Shown here: one piece after another, positions 35,738-59,536 of the stretch | Layout of the letters: each line of letters opens with the position of its first letter | How positions within the stretch are numbered: the first letter of the stretch is position 1 | Source: Amoebidium appalachense | Taxonomy: Eukaryota > Protista > Ichthyosporea | Reading direction: 5' to 3' | Assembly: GCA_963693365.1 (NCBI GenBank) | Contig: CAVNZM010000005.1 | Location: 12,113,728-12,177,727 of the forward strand | Length of the DNA: 64,000 nucleotides | Translations under genes and position numbers: made by a program | Notes under the pieces: generated by a model | Seen by the model: only the letters and a program-made list of their open reading frames with translations | Databases searched by the model: none | Told to the model about the DNA's origin: nothing

Positions 35738-36958
35738 TCACACAGACATATAACTGGGGTCCAACACAAACGTTTCCATAACGACCACATCATCTTTAAC
35801 CAGCTGGCTGCCTACCAATTCGCTAAAGGGAATGGCCAAACCCGTAACCCGAGCACATTTTTTGATCTCCTTTCCGCCCAGAAACTTCGACGCATCTTGA
35901 GCCACACGTGCAACCAACTGGCCAACTGTCATGTTTGCTTCCGCCATAACCACTATGTGCTCGCTCCCTGCGATTACTTGCAAGCGAATTTCCCTCTTTG
36001 AAAGGAGTACCGGTTCGGACACAGACATGCCAGTGTGATGCAGCAATCCGGAAATAAGCGTAGGCGACCCTGCCCCCTTTTCGTTAGACGTAAACACGGT
36101 GGATACGCCGTTGCTTGGTGCGGTTCCCGGAACGAGTTTTTCGATCTTTTTCAACGGGGCTAGAGCAATACCCATTTTCTTCTTTCCTGCTTTGATGTTC
36201 TCGTCCAAACTGCTTAGTGTTGACATGCTTGAACTCGTGCTTTTCTGCGAAGGACTGCGACGAATCTCAGGCGAGCTACCCCCAGCCAGCGCACTTCGCA
36301 TGAGCATGGACGGGCTGCGGTTAGGCTTTGCATACGATGATGCATCAGTTGAATCCTCGGTATCTTGGGGCAATACTGCACTAGACTCGCTGCCATCGCT
36401 TGTCATGTGGCTCAAAATCGAATGGCGTGCGGATGACTGCGCCAGCGGACTCGATGGTGAACCGTTCGGGCTAGTTTCTGGTGAGATGGGGGCCGAGCGT
36501 GTTTCTTTCCCGTCTTTTCCCTCTTTCGTGCTTTCTCGTTTTTTGGGTCGTGGAAGGGATACAGAAGCGGAACTTTTGCGGCCGCGCATGTATTTCTCAA
36601 GATTAGCGAGGGCACGTGGTATCATAACACTCTGCGACTTCATTATCGCGGCTTCCTCTTCCTTAGTGAGATCTGAGTGCAAACTGCCCGGGCTGAGAGG
36701 TTCTTCTAACGCATATGTGCTGGATCCGGCCGATTCCAGGGCTGTTCCATTCTCGGTTTCTTCTGTGTTAGTAGCCCCACTTTCATTTTCCGTGCTTGAG
36801 TGGTGCGCATCGGAGTCTGAGGTTTCTGGATCTTCGGTTAGGGTGCTCTGTGCAAATAGGTGTCGAAGCTGTTTTTTGCTGAGAACTACTGAGTGACCGT
36901 GGGGACGCTTTTGGGGGCTTCCCTCCGGCGGTTGAACGGATTCTATGGTGCTAGCCAT
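35738..36958 (-). CDS. Intronless 406-aa hypothetical protein: Ser/Glu-rich disordered region plus a C-terminal ~80-aa possible ubiquitin-like (beta-grasp) domain
   Basis: Uninterrupted 1221-nt ORF with a GCCATGG start context and no microsatellites. The C-terminal IRLQV...IVV...MTVGQL...DDVVVM pattern is UBL-like (inference). Confidence 0.75.
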   Translation of the reverse strand: MASTIESVQPPEGSPQKRPHGHSVVLSKKQLRHLFAQSTLTEDPETSDSDAHHSSTENESGATNTEETENGTALESAGSSTYALEEPLSPGSLHSDLTKEEEAAIMKSQSVMIPRALANLEKYMRGRKSSASVSLPRPKKRESTKEGKDGKETRSAPISPETSPNGSPSSPLAQSSARHSILSHMTSDGSESSAVLPQDTEDSTDASSYAKPNRSPSMLMRSALAGGSSPEIRRSPSQKSTSSSMSTLSSLDENIKAGKKKMGIALAPLKKIEKLVPGTAPSNGVSTVFTSNEKGAGSPTLISGLLHHTGMSVSEPVLLSKREIRLQVIAGSEHIVVMAEANMTVGQLVARVAQDASKFLGGKEIKKCARVTGLAIPFSELVGSQLVKDDVVVMETFVLDPSYMSV

Positions 36959-37254
36959 GGTTGCTATGGTGGTTGGTTATAGAAAAATCTCTAGGTTCTG
37001 GTGTATGAGTATGTGTGCGTGATGGCACACAATAGTGTGTGTGTCTGTGCGTGTGTGTGTGTGTTCTTGTGTGGGTGGGTGTGTTTATGTGCGTCTTTGT
37101 GCTTGGGTGTATTTATATCTGTGAGTTAATTGGAAAGGCAGATTACGGTGTGCTGGTGCACTAACTACTGCAAGGATGCCTGTGCCAGCTATATTATTGT
37201 CTCTCGGCAATACACGGTATATATTGAGAAATATTGAGAACTATCATGAAGTCG

Positions 37255-37306
37255 TACTTCAGATCTAACCGTGTTACTTCAGATCTAACCGTGTTACTTC
37301 AGAGCT
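37255..37306. repeat. 20-bp tandem repeat (TACTTCAGATCTAACCGTGT) x ~2.5 upstream of the orphan gene
   Basis: Directly visible. Confidence 0.8.
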
Positions 37307-38501
37307 ACACAAGCGAACCGGATGAACGGGCTGCCAATTCCCTAATTTCCCTGGGCAGCTCGTGACGCAGAGTGTGTTTTAGTCCTACATATTACAGCTC
37401 ACAGTTTTGATTTTTTCTTTTTTCTTTCATAAAAAATACGCTAGAAACTTTGTACATAAGTTCTTTTCTCGAGCTAACACTGAACGTGCTGAAACAAAGG
37501 CCGTGATTCAAAAGTGTGTCAAAACATACCAAGCAAGAAAATGCGGATCTTGTTTGCTTCTACCGATTTACATAATAATTTCACATTTTCCTTTGAAAAA
37601 GCCCCTTTTGCATAGATTTACACCCCCACAAAGCCAACTTTAAGAAGCATAGTTAGGAAAGGGCTTGAAAAGCGGCCTTCGTATCTCATTGGCCTAGGAC
37701 GCACCACTCAGGTTCACGTTTTTCTTGTGGCCGTTGTTGCAACGTGGACGTTGTTGGACGAAGCACCGAAGCACCACAAAGCACAGTGTTCCTGTTCAGT
37801 TGCTTATGAACTTAAAGAATGATGTTGAGAGCAGCTGTGGTCGTCGTGGGGGAAAAAGCGGGCGGGGTGCAGCTGCAGCAGACTGGGGCGCTGTTGCAGC
37901 CAACTCAGTCGGAAAGCTGGCTGGTTCCAGAGAAAACTCGAGTCCAGGAAGTCGATTTCGAAGTGACTCAATCTATTACATGTACACTGAGCAAGAAAGG
38001 TACTGAGAGTTGCAGTAAGCAGGACATCCTTATTGCACTCGGGTAGAAAGTTTTCGTTAGAACGTGCGATTTTCGGAGTAAAGGTGAAATTTTTGGAAAG
38101 ATTTATGAACATGACCCGGCACCGGCGGCTCGTGGATTATACTTGACTGACTCTATATGTCTTTGTCGCAACCCTGGGCTGCAGCATTATGTGACAAGAA
38201 AACATCGTGACCGTTAAAGCGTTTGTTTTATTTCACTTCTGGTCACTGAAATAAGTGATCGTTTGAAAGCTTGTTTAGTTTAGCCCTGCTCGGCAAGGGC
38301 ATGGAAGCCATGGCAATTCATGCTAGGCTCCCCTCACAGCTAAGCTAGAGTTGAGTGATGCCATGATGATGGGTTCTGGTTATTATTATGAGGCTTGCCG
38401 CGGAGCGTTGCAATATCTAAATGTTGAAAGTGCTTTGTGTTCTCCGTCGTGAATATGTGCTTTGCAAATTGTCCTCTTGACACATTCAATCCCTCAGTGG
38501 G

Positions 38502-38541
<40 letters not shown>

Positions 38542-39074
38542 TGGTCCGAGATTCTGATCATTCAGATCTCACATCATATGCCAGTCTATCTAAGGTGGCA
38601 GGGTGCCGTCTTTCAACAAACGTTTTATTGAAGCTCAGCAGTGGAGATTTGGCAACATACATTACAACAGTCTTGTGGACTCTTGTTTGAAATAACGTTT
38701 ATATAGCAGCTAAGGCCCTCTCCATGCAATCATGCACACCGTGCAATAAATAAAAGTTAACTATATTCAAAATGCCATTAAGCTGCGTCCAATAATAGCA
38801 TGTTCCGCACAGAACCACAACACATACATTCGTGTTCAGCAGGCAGGCTCAACGTTAACAAACAGCACATCCCCCCCCCCCCCCCCCTCCCCCCAGGCGT
38901 GGCATATATTCATTCAGCATTTCCTATATTTCCCATACCAAGAGCTCTCACTTCTCAGTCCCAGACTGGAGAACTGCTCAAGAAACATTCCCATTCCCAT
39001 TCATAAACATCAATTACAGGCACCTTCATTCATACCAAAGCTGTATTCGCACCCGGCTTCAGCCGTCCTGCACC

Positions 39075-39534
39075 TCATCTGAAAACCACCGGTGTGCATG
39101 GGTCTTCCTGACTATTCTGAAACCTCCCCATGGTCTCAGGGGGCTTGCAGGGCACTGTGTTTGACGGGCCACATGTTGCCACACTCTGCATTTCATCGGC
39201 TGTCAAGAATGCAATATTAGTTTTACCACTTCTCTATCACTTTCACTGAGTAATATACATATAGTGTTATATATTGCACCAGCAAGATTCAGGCAAACAA
39301 CGAACGTTAATTAACCTTTGCTTGCCATTGAGAATCACATTGGCTATATCAGCGCACATTTAGCTTGATTTTCCACTGCGACACGAAAACATTGCAACTT
39401 GGCATGTTTTTTATTGAAGTGGGTGTGTTCCCGAGGGGGTGGGGGTTGGGAGTTCAAGACTCTGAAAAACCACGAAGATAAAATCAACAAGGACGAAATG
39501 AAGCACGCAGGAATAAGAGGGGGGAGGAAGGAGG

Positions 39535-39577
<43 letters not shown>

Positions 39578-39723
39578 CAAAAATAAAGGATATACAGAGC
39601 CGAGCGTGCACTCTCTATACCGAAAATGCTAAACGAACAGCATCTGGCAGGCACACAACACAACTGCTGAGAGCCATCACCCGGGGGTGAGGAGGAGGAG
39701 GAGGAGGAGGAGGAGGCGGAGGA

Positions 39724-39765
<42 letters not shown>

Positions 39766-40022
39766 AGGGCAGGTGGGGAAAGGAGTGAATTGCACGCAGA
39801 AATAAACAAAAAAATCTTGAACACAAAACTTTTAACCCAACAATTCTCTTCTGATTCTTAATCAAGAGGAGAGATCTAGAATGCATGTCACCCAATTAAG
39901 GTAGGTACACGGAATGAAGAAGCGGAAGTAGCATCCACCGTACAGTATGTAATGCTATAAGAACGGTGGCCTGGGGTTGGGGCGGAGGGGGAGGGAAGGG
40001 GGGGAGGGGGGGAAGGGAGGGA

Positions 40023-40089
<67 letters not shown>

Positions 40090-41208
40090 GCCATACAACG
40101 TGTGGCGAGCAGCAGATCTGTCTCTTGTGTTTGACCCGAGTCTCTTGATGGCCTTTTCCAGGGCGTCTTGAGTGACAGCTGCAATGACAAGATCCTTGTC
40201 ACTGTTTTGTTACCCCCCCCCCTCCCCCCCCCTTCTCCTCCCCCTTCCCCCCTTCCTCCCTACTTATCAAACATGCACACAGCTCATGAAAGGAGGCTCT
40301 GGGGGAAATTCCTGGCAACGGTATCCACGTGTGCTTGCATGCCTGTAGGTGTGCCTGCCTGCCTGTGTGTACATGGGGTGTCTGTTCTGTGAAGTGTTCA
40401 AAGTTCAAAGAGGATTCGGCATGTGTGTGTGTGGGGACAGGGGGGAAGGGGGGGGGGGGGGGGAGGGGGGGGGGGGGGGGAGGGGAGGGAGGGAGGAAGC
40501 AGGGAGAAGGGGAGGGAAGGGGGAAGAGAGGGAGGGGGGGGGTTGGGGGGGGGTTCTTACGGTATGCCCATGGGGAGTGGGTAGTGGACTCCTTGGTGAC
40601 ATATGCCTCCCGGCACCGTTGGAAGTGTGTAAGTGCCTCCCCTATTTGGTCACTTGAATGCCTGCAATTAGTGGATGAGAAAGAGAGAGGAATGGAATAC
40701 ATGCTCACGAGGGGCAGTGCTCCCACCGTTTCCCAAAATATAGACCTCGTAAACCAAAATATAGACCGTGTAAACCAAAATATAGACCAGCTAAACCAAA
40801 GTATAGACCGCGCAAACCAAAATATGGACCGTGTAAACCAAAATATGGACCGTGTAAACCAAAATATAGACCGCGTAAACCAAAATATAGACTGTGTCAA
40901 CCAAAATATAGACTGCGTCAACCAAAATATAGACCACGTAAACCCATATCTAGACCGTGTAAACCAATGGGGATTAAAAAAAAAAAAAGTTTGGTTGCAT
41001 GAGGAAGGGAGAGACATGGACGGGGATCTGCTCACTGGGCTACCTAGCAAACGACAATGTAACTAAATGTGACCATGGACCGACACTGTATATTATGTAT
41101 GTAATGGTGTGTGTGCCGAATGCATGTGGGCCTGATATTTGGTTAGTGTAGGGTGCTTGTGACCAATTAGGTCTGTGGGAGTGGCGCGGGTGTTGTGCGC
41201 GATGCATG

Positions 41209-41302
<94 letters not shown>

Positions 41303-41463
41303 CTTGTGTGTGTGCGTGTGCACACGGTTTGTTTGTGTGTGTACGTGTGTGTGTCTGTGCTTGAAGAGAGGACACAATTGGACATGTCACAGTGAACTCA
41401 CCGACAGCCGTAGAGAATCATCCCACAGTGACACTCGTGCATGGCTCCGGGGACCCACGGATG

Positions 41464-41548
<85 letters not shown>

Positions 41549-41583
41549 CGTGTGTGTGTGTATTGTATGTGTGTGTGTGTGTT

Positions 41584-41619
<36 letters not shown>

Positions 41620-42110
41620 TCGCGCGTGCATGCATGCATGCGTGTGTGTGTGCGTGCGTGTGTGTGCGTGTGCCTGGAAGGACGCAAAGGGTAAAGGTTG
41701 CATGAAGCAACATGAGACAAAGTGCGATCAAGATGGACATTAAACACATGTAAGAATCTGAGAAATGTAGACAATACCCCATAGACCAAAAGTAACGATG
41801 CCGAAAGTGTGCTCTTTGTAGAAGCACAGGGCTTTGTAGAAAGCACAGGGCTTAAAATAATGCCTTCATCAAACGCCTCTATCGACACCTCGAATCCAAT
41901 TCAGACCACCGGACTTTCTTCACACATACAAAGCTCCTTCAAAAAGTACCACATTTTGGCCTGATCTAGCCGGTGAACCCGACGAAGCACAGCTCGGGGA
42001 AAGGGCCTGGCAGGGGGGGGGGGGGGGGGGGGTTGTCGCAATGGTGGAGCGGGAAGCATAAAGGAACAACAATGTGGGCGGGAAATATGAGTTTGGGTGA
42101 GTTTGGGAAG

Positions 42111-42144
<34 letters not shown>

Positions 42145-42361
42145 CTGGGGCAACATGGTGAGCCGGAAACAGGAGTTTGGGGGGGGGGGGGGGGGGGGGG
42201 AGGGGGGAGGGGGGGGAGGGGGGTGAGGGGGGGGGGGGGGGGGAGGGGAGGGAGGGATACCAGGGCAAGATGGGCATAGTATTTAGGACGGCTGACAACA
42301 CCCCCACAGCAAGGACACATCACCTGGTGACTGCGGCATTGGGCCATGTGATTAAGCACCT

Positions 42362-42451
<90 letters not shown>

Positions 42452-42456
42452 CGTGC

Positions 42457-42534
<78 letters not shown>

Positions 42535-43877
42535 ATCAGCAATCAGCACCCGCGGATGTGTGTCCGTATTGTATCCATATGGGGGCTGTAGGGATATGTG
42601 GATATTCATGTGGGGCAGTGTCAGCTGTGACACCTCAGCGTAAAACCAAGCTTTAGGGAGACACACCATTGCATATCTGTCTTCAACATTTCTTTAGCGC
42701 ACATGCAACCATGCAGACAGATACTAGAGCACCCGTAAACCAACCACCGCCTCTTCCTTTTTAAGCCCCGACCGAGGATGATCCGATCGGGGATATTAGA
42801 TGGTCCTGAGAGGTGTTCGAAATCCTCGAACCAATCAAGCGATCGAGGGTATGAAGTCATTCTGAGGTATTTTGTTAACAAATGACGTCACATTCTCGAT
42901 GACTTTCGAGCGCCGCGACACGGCCATCTGATATCCTTGATCGGATCATCCTCGGTCGGGGCTTAAAATGGGAGAAGTGGTGGTTGGTTTAATGCCTTGA
43001 CTCTCACAAACGTTAATCCCTCACACAACCAAAATATCCCCACTCGTATCTCTACCCACTTGCAAATGTGTGTGCACACTTCCTAGAACTCCCGATCGCA
43101 CACACATATATATATACACACACACACACACACATGGACACATACAAGCAATTTGTAGAAAACATCACTGCCATTCTAATCAAAACATTTCACCTACCTG
43201 TGGCTGCAAAACAGCACCACATCCATACTGGGAGTTGGGACACAACCGCTCTACGGCCAAGCACACGGTCATATGGTCCTGGTGTGTGTGTGTGTATGTG
43301 TGTTGTGTGTGTGTTGTGTGTGTGACCATTGGAGTGTGTGTGTGTGTGTGTTCATTTGCGAGTGGGCATGTGAGTGTTTTGCCCATTCTGTAAACTACTA
43401 CCCTATCCCAATATTACCCCCTCCCCAATCTCCCCCCCCCTCCCCCCCCCCGCGCCCTCCCCCCCCCCCCCCCCCCCCCAACCCCACCCCTCTTATCTCC
43501 CCGGCGCCACTACCACCACAACCTCCCTCCAGCCAGCCACCCCCCCCCCCCAACTCCCCGCCCCCCTTGTTTCCCCCCCCCCCCTAATCCCACCCCTTTC
43601 CACCACCGCCACCTCTCCCCAGCTGCCTAGTCACCCAGACATTCACCTACAAGCAGGTCTCTTTCTCTTGAAGCCACATCCCACACACACCACATATCCC
43701 ACACATAAACACACACACAGGAGTTGGTGCTCATCCTCCATCTACACGCTTTGCTGCTGCTTCCCACCTTCACTGCATCCTAACTCTCCTGTATCCCCCC
43801 CCCCCCCCCCCTCCCCCCCCCCCTCCTCTCACAAAACACCCACAGCCACACACGCACGTGCACATACGCGTGTACAC

Positions 43878-43922
<45 letters not shown>

Positions 43923-44136
43923 GCACACACACACATACACACACATACACACACACACACACATACACACAACCCCCCTCCCCCCTCCCCCCCCCCCCTT
44001 CCCCCCCACACACACACAGACACACACACAGACACACACACACACACACACACAGACCTGCATGCTTGTCTCGCCACCAAGGCAGTCTATTTTTGGCAGT
44101 GTCACGTGGCATCGAGAACACTGGCTGCTCGGCAAC
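39075..44136 (-). CDS. Zinc-finger exons (TRAF-type/C2HC), probably the 3' part of the F-box/LRR gene
   Basis: Exons 44058-44136, 43198-43278, 42261-42362, 41402-41463 and 40561-40661 join in frame: CSRC...DHMTVC...CPNSQYGC...NHMAQC...MCPCC...AHLALH...ECHCG...HFQRC. The last exons (~40097-40178/40201 and ~39075/39193-39199) are ambiguous. Confidence 0.7.
40732..40968. repeat. Intronic 21-bp minisatellite (GTAAACCAAAATATAGACCGT) x ~11
   Basis: Directly visible 21-nt period between exons 41402-41463 and 40561-40661. Confidence 0.95.
42736..42991. mobile_element. Palindromic MITE (~256 bp) with TA at both ends
   Basis: Arms TAAACCAACCAC...TTTTAAGCCCCGACCGAGGATGATCCGATC..GGATAT.AGATGG and their near-perfect reverse complement at 42922-42991. 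Confidence 0.85.
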
Positions 44137-45000
44137 CTGGTCATCCCAAACATACACAGTCAGTCAGTCCATAGGTTGACCTCTAAAGAAGTTCTCTCAG
44201 GAATACGGGTCGGGTCAGACCAGAAGCGTTTTATTCCATATAATTGCAAAGATGCCCATCAAACAGCATTTTTGCCCGACCCGAAAGAACCTATAAATCA
44301 CCCCAAAAGAAACACCTTAAAAAAAAAGCGTATAGACCCACCAAGCTCGTTTCATTTAACCTGCCCGTAGTGAGCCCTCCCCCCCCCCCCCCCCCCCCCT
44401 CCCCCCTCCCTCCAGAGTTAGAGAAACTTGATTGGATCCAACTTTAATTAATGAACAATGGGGGGCTTATAGTAACATTACATAAGATGGATACATAAGG
44501 TACTTTCATGACTCGAATTCTGGCTACACAACGGTCGTATGCAATGTGCCTATCCCACACTGTTTTGTTCGACATGTCATCCGTATGCCTAATAAACTTG
44601 TCGAACATATGGTTCGAAAATCTAGTTATTCGTATTCAAGCACATGTAACCTTCTTTACTATCAAACATACTGTATAGCACAACATCATAATCATAGCAT
44701 ACAACATCCCTTTCATGGACGCCGTGTGCCAGCACAGCTTTCCCCCTGGATATACCTTGTTAAACTGTTCACAAAAGCAAATGGGATTTATCATTTTCAC
44801 TTCTTCTAAACCAAACATCAAATGAAAAAAACGGTTCACCACAGTTATGTGACTCGCAGGAAAGGAAACAACAGCAGAACGTGTAAAAAGGGTATGAGTG
44901 AGAAGGGGCTAGCGCTAGAAGGCTTTAGATGTGAGTGACTATGGCTAGGAAGAAGAGGGCAGAGAGAGAAGTGCACGTTCAGGTGTCTTTCTCTCCCCAC

Positions 45001-45057
<57 letters not shown>

Positions 45058-45566
45058 TCTCTCTCGTGTGTGTGTGTGGGTGGGTGTGTGCACGAGCATA
45101 CGTCTGTGTGCGTGTTTGTTTTGTGTAGCTGTGTGTAGGTGTGTGTGTGTGTGTGCAGAACACCCCAAGTGTTGAAGCACCGTGCATTGCTTGCACACAC
45201 ACACACTCTCACATGTTGTACATGCATCGATGTATGTGTGCAAACACGTGCTGTGTACACACAAGCACCCATTTCTTTTCTTTTCTTTCTTTTCGAGGGA
45301 GGGAAAAAACCCACCCGTTCATCTGCACAGGCAGAGAATCTGTCATTCCACCACCCACCCTTGGACTGTAGAGCACGTGTATGCCACGTGACCAGAGGGC
45401 ACGCACGGCAGAGGCACACTCGTGAGCACCGTACATGCGTACATGCTGGGGGGAAAGGGGGGGGGAGGGGGGTTTGGGGGGGGGGGGGGGGAGGGGGGGG
45501 GGGAGGCGGGGAAGGGGAGGGGGGAGGGGACGAAGGGAGGGAGGGTGGGTGGGTGGGTGGGTGTAT

Positions 45567-45598
<32 letters not shown>

Positions 45599-46030
45599 GC
45601 TGTGGAGGAAAGGTGATGTGTATGTGTCAAAAGCAACCCCAAATATACAAAAAGAATGCATTTGCACATACAGAAAATGAACACAACTCTACCTTGCACT
45701 TCGAAAGACTAGACACACGTGTGCACATGGAGACACACATACTTACACACACGACACGCCAGCCGCTCACCCGTCCAGAGACACAACCAGATGCCAAGAG
45801 AACAACAAAAGAACCGCAAAGGAGGTGATATATTTCTGAGACAACTAAATTTACAGTTGACTATCTTAGTCGCTATCTACTCCGTATCCGAGAGTAACGA
45901 TTTTCGTATCTTCTCACTGCATATCTGTGATATCTCACTTGTTTCTATTTTACTGAGAATCTCAATAAAGTCGTTAAAAAAAAAAAAAAAGGATTGCAAA
46001 GAAAAGCAGAGTTTAGTAAGAGTGGTTCAC

Positions 46031-56261
<10,231 letters not shown>

Positions 56262-56782
56262 CCTTGCAAACTAACAGTATAGAAAGAGGCTTCTGTAAAC
56301 TTTCTCGGTTTTGCTGGCCAAATCACGTCCAGCACTCAAACAGGCCACTAACGGCTAGACTAACGGCTCCTAATAACAATCCCACTGTAACGGTTCTCCG
56401 TCGACAGCTGAGCTCGAGCGCATCGATCCGCTGTGCGGCCAGTGGCTCAGTCTTTGTGGCTCACCGCTTACGGTAACCGGTACCCTCCCCGCCGGGCCTG
56501 GCCGGCCGTCGACACACACATCCCTGCTCGCAACCACATCATGATGTTCACAAGTATGTACACTTGGATGTTGAATGGGTGCATGAGGCTTCCAGAAGTC
56601 TCTTTACGTCGTGCGTGTGTCTGTTACTCGTGCACGTGCACGTGTGTGTGCGTGAGCTCGAGTGAAAATGTATATGTCACAGGCTTGGCCGTAATGAACT
56701 TGGCATGATTGCATCGCTGACCATCATTGACCGTATGTTTTTTTCTTCTTTCCTTTTCTTTTCTTTCTTTCTTTCCTTTTTT

Positions 56783-56831
<49 letters not shown>

Positions 56832-56873
56832 ACTTTTGCCTATCATCATATTATACTTATTTTTATTTTGTTA

Positions 56874-56921
<48 letters not shown>

Positions 56922-57544
56922 ATTTTTGCCTATCATAACAGATACAAGTTCAACTTGAAACGCTTACATCTTACGTGCATGTTACCAAGGGCAGGTCCAG
57001 CCATGCCCTAAATGATGATGTAGTGATGGAGTCCCTCCACCCCATCACGCCAGCTACCAAGGCAAGAATGCCAGTATTCTTAACAATTACTACCCTCTAG
57101 AACTATCGCCTAGACCTTGTCTTCCCCCGGCTCTCACCCCAACCCCTCCCCCCTCCCCCCCCCCCCCCCCCCCCCCGTGACCCCCCCCTCCCCCTTCCCG
57201 CGTGGGAACAATACCACCGTGTGGGCTGTTATGTGTGGCATGATGATGTGTTTGCGCAGTACATATAAGAACTCAATAATACCCAATGCTTCGCCAGGCT
57301 GCTTCAGATTCCGAAACTATTTATTCTTCACGTTCACCAAAAATGAAGTATATACAGAAACACAGAACTGCCACTTGACTCCACCGAACAAAACAATGCT
57401 AAATAACATACAAAAATCATAGCACCGAAAAATATTTACAGAAAAGCCAAAATTGCGAAACACTACTGAAACTCAGTACCAAAACACTACATACTACCAT
57501 TTTCCCATGCACTCTACCTGTAACACTACCACATAATCAGTAGT

Positions 57545-59365
57545 CTATGCAGCAGCAGCTGAACCGTCCCCACCCAAAACCGCATCAATCCGCTCTTGCC
57601 ATTTCGGGTCATCCAACAATCCCAGCGAATCACACAAAAACGCAATCTCAAACGCGTGATCTTCCAAAGAGGATAACCTACCCCCAGTTCCAAAATGGCC
57701 AGAGTCCCAATCAACTTGCAGCATTAGGCGCCTCCTGGCCTTGTCAGCACGCCCCGACTCCTTAAAGCAAGTTGCGGTATTCCTTAATTTGGCAACCAGT
57801 TTAACGGGCTGCCAAAACGGAACCCGTTGATCTTTAAGTCCCGCGGTGAACAGCATGTCCGGGTAAACGACATCCCGAACGTTCTCATAGGGGGAATACG
57901 ACCAAATGCAGTCGAAAATCGACTTGTCTTCTCCCGGGTTTCCCCATTCGTCGTATTCGTGAACGGTGAGCGGCAACGTTGGGTCTAGCATAGCCGTTAG
58001 ACAATCCACAAACGGTACCTTTAGCGCTGCCGCACGCAATAATTCTGGTCTTTGCATACACAAACCAGCAACCAAAAGACCCCCCGCGCTTGTTCCCGTT
58101 GCCGCCGTAAGCGATGGCTTGGAAACCCCGTCCCTGTGTAGCCTCTCCGCGCACGCCGCCAAATCCGAAAACGAATTCCGTTTTTTGAGCATTTTCCCTT
58201 CCTGGTGCCACTCGATCCCGCACTCGCCCCCGCCGCGCACGTGACAGAGCGCAATAACCCACCCCATTTCCAAAAGGGTTAACCTTTCCACCTTGTATTC
58301 CATGTCGATGTTGTGACCATACGCACCATACCCGCACAGAAGAAGTGGGTTATTTCCGTCCAGCGAAATATCTTTTTGGTGTAGGAGCGTCACGGGTACA
58401 GCTGCGTCCCCGTTCATTACCGTAATTTTCCTCACCGTGAAATTTTCCGGATTAAACGGACGACTAGCCCCAACGGAAACCTTCTGCAATAGGGAAAGCG
58501 AATTTCGGACCATATCGTAATCGAATGTCGCTTCCGGCGTTAACGGGTCTGTTGTGCCTAAGCGGAGAGTATCCGAGTGGAAAGTTTGATTTGCACCGGG
58601 TTGCAATAGGCAATTTCGTTCGGGGAGGGGTACTTCGTTGAAATACCCGGGGTTTTTAAGATCAAGTACGTGAACGCGGGGCAGCCCAGTAAAATCCCGT
58701 AGATATACGGCGCAATACTTCTTGAAAATATCCATATCCTCAATTTTCGCATTTTCCGGAACGTAAAAATCCCTCCAGTTGCGCTCTTTGGGATCCTTAT
58801 CGGGCACGGAAATGATTTTATAGTTTTGGGAACCGTGCGCGTTTGTGATAATGTAGAAATCGGAGCCGCTGTGATCGACAAAATACTCAAATCCTGGTTC
58901 ACGTTTCCGTATAAGTACCATATCAGTGTTTGGGTGTTGTGCATCAACCACCCTGACCTCAGACATGTGCTTGGAGTTGGCGTTGATGGTGATGTAGCAT
59001 TTGTCCTTTGTGCGAGACACATCCAGAAACACACTGCATGGGAAGAAAGGAATTAGGCGGTTATATGGGGATATGGTGTAGGCATAAGGGTTATAGGGGG
59101 TTATTTTGTGAGAAGTATGGTGTGGGGTGAGGAACGGTCAAGGCAGTTCAAAGGGAATTTTGCAAAAAAAAAAAAAAAACGAGGGAACGGGGGGGGGGGG
59201 GGGGGGGGGATTCAGGTAGGGAGGTTGGCAGTTTAATGCATGCTTCTCGACCATTTCCCCTGTTCCCTTCCTCCACTCTGCATCCCTATCCACGGTCATC
59301 CACCCCAGGCCCTCCCCATATTCTGCTTCCCAATCGAGCGTACATACACATATGCGCGAGCACAT

Positions 59366-59406
<41 letters not shown>

Positions 59407-59505
59407 TCCCTCCCCCCCCTAACCCGCCCACCCACACATACACAACCCCGGGCCACTTCCCCGCCACACACACATACACACCATCCTCCATCTCCCCCCC
59501 CCCCC

Positions 59506-59536
<31 letters not shown>

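Noticed and set aside
36099-36896. 265-aa + strand ORF
   Set aside because: Antisense shadow of the 406-aa minus-strand gene.
37670-37740. tRNA-like sequence (TATCTCATTGGCCTAGG)
   Set aside because: No T-arm/B-box or cloverleaf can be formed.
40732-40968. CRISPR array (also considered for 4628-4880 and 54330-54660)
   Set aside because: Units are head-to-tail with no unique spacers, there are no cas genes, and the context is a eukaryotic intron.
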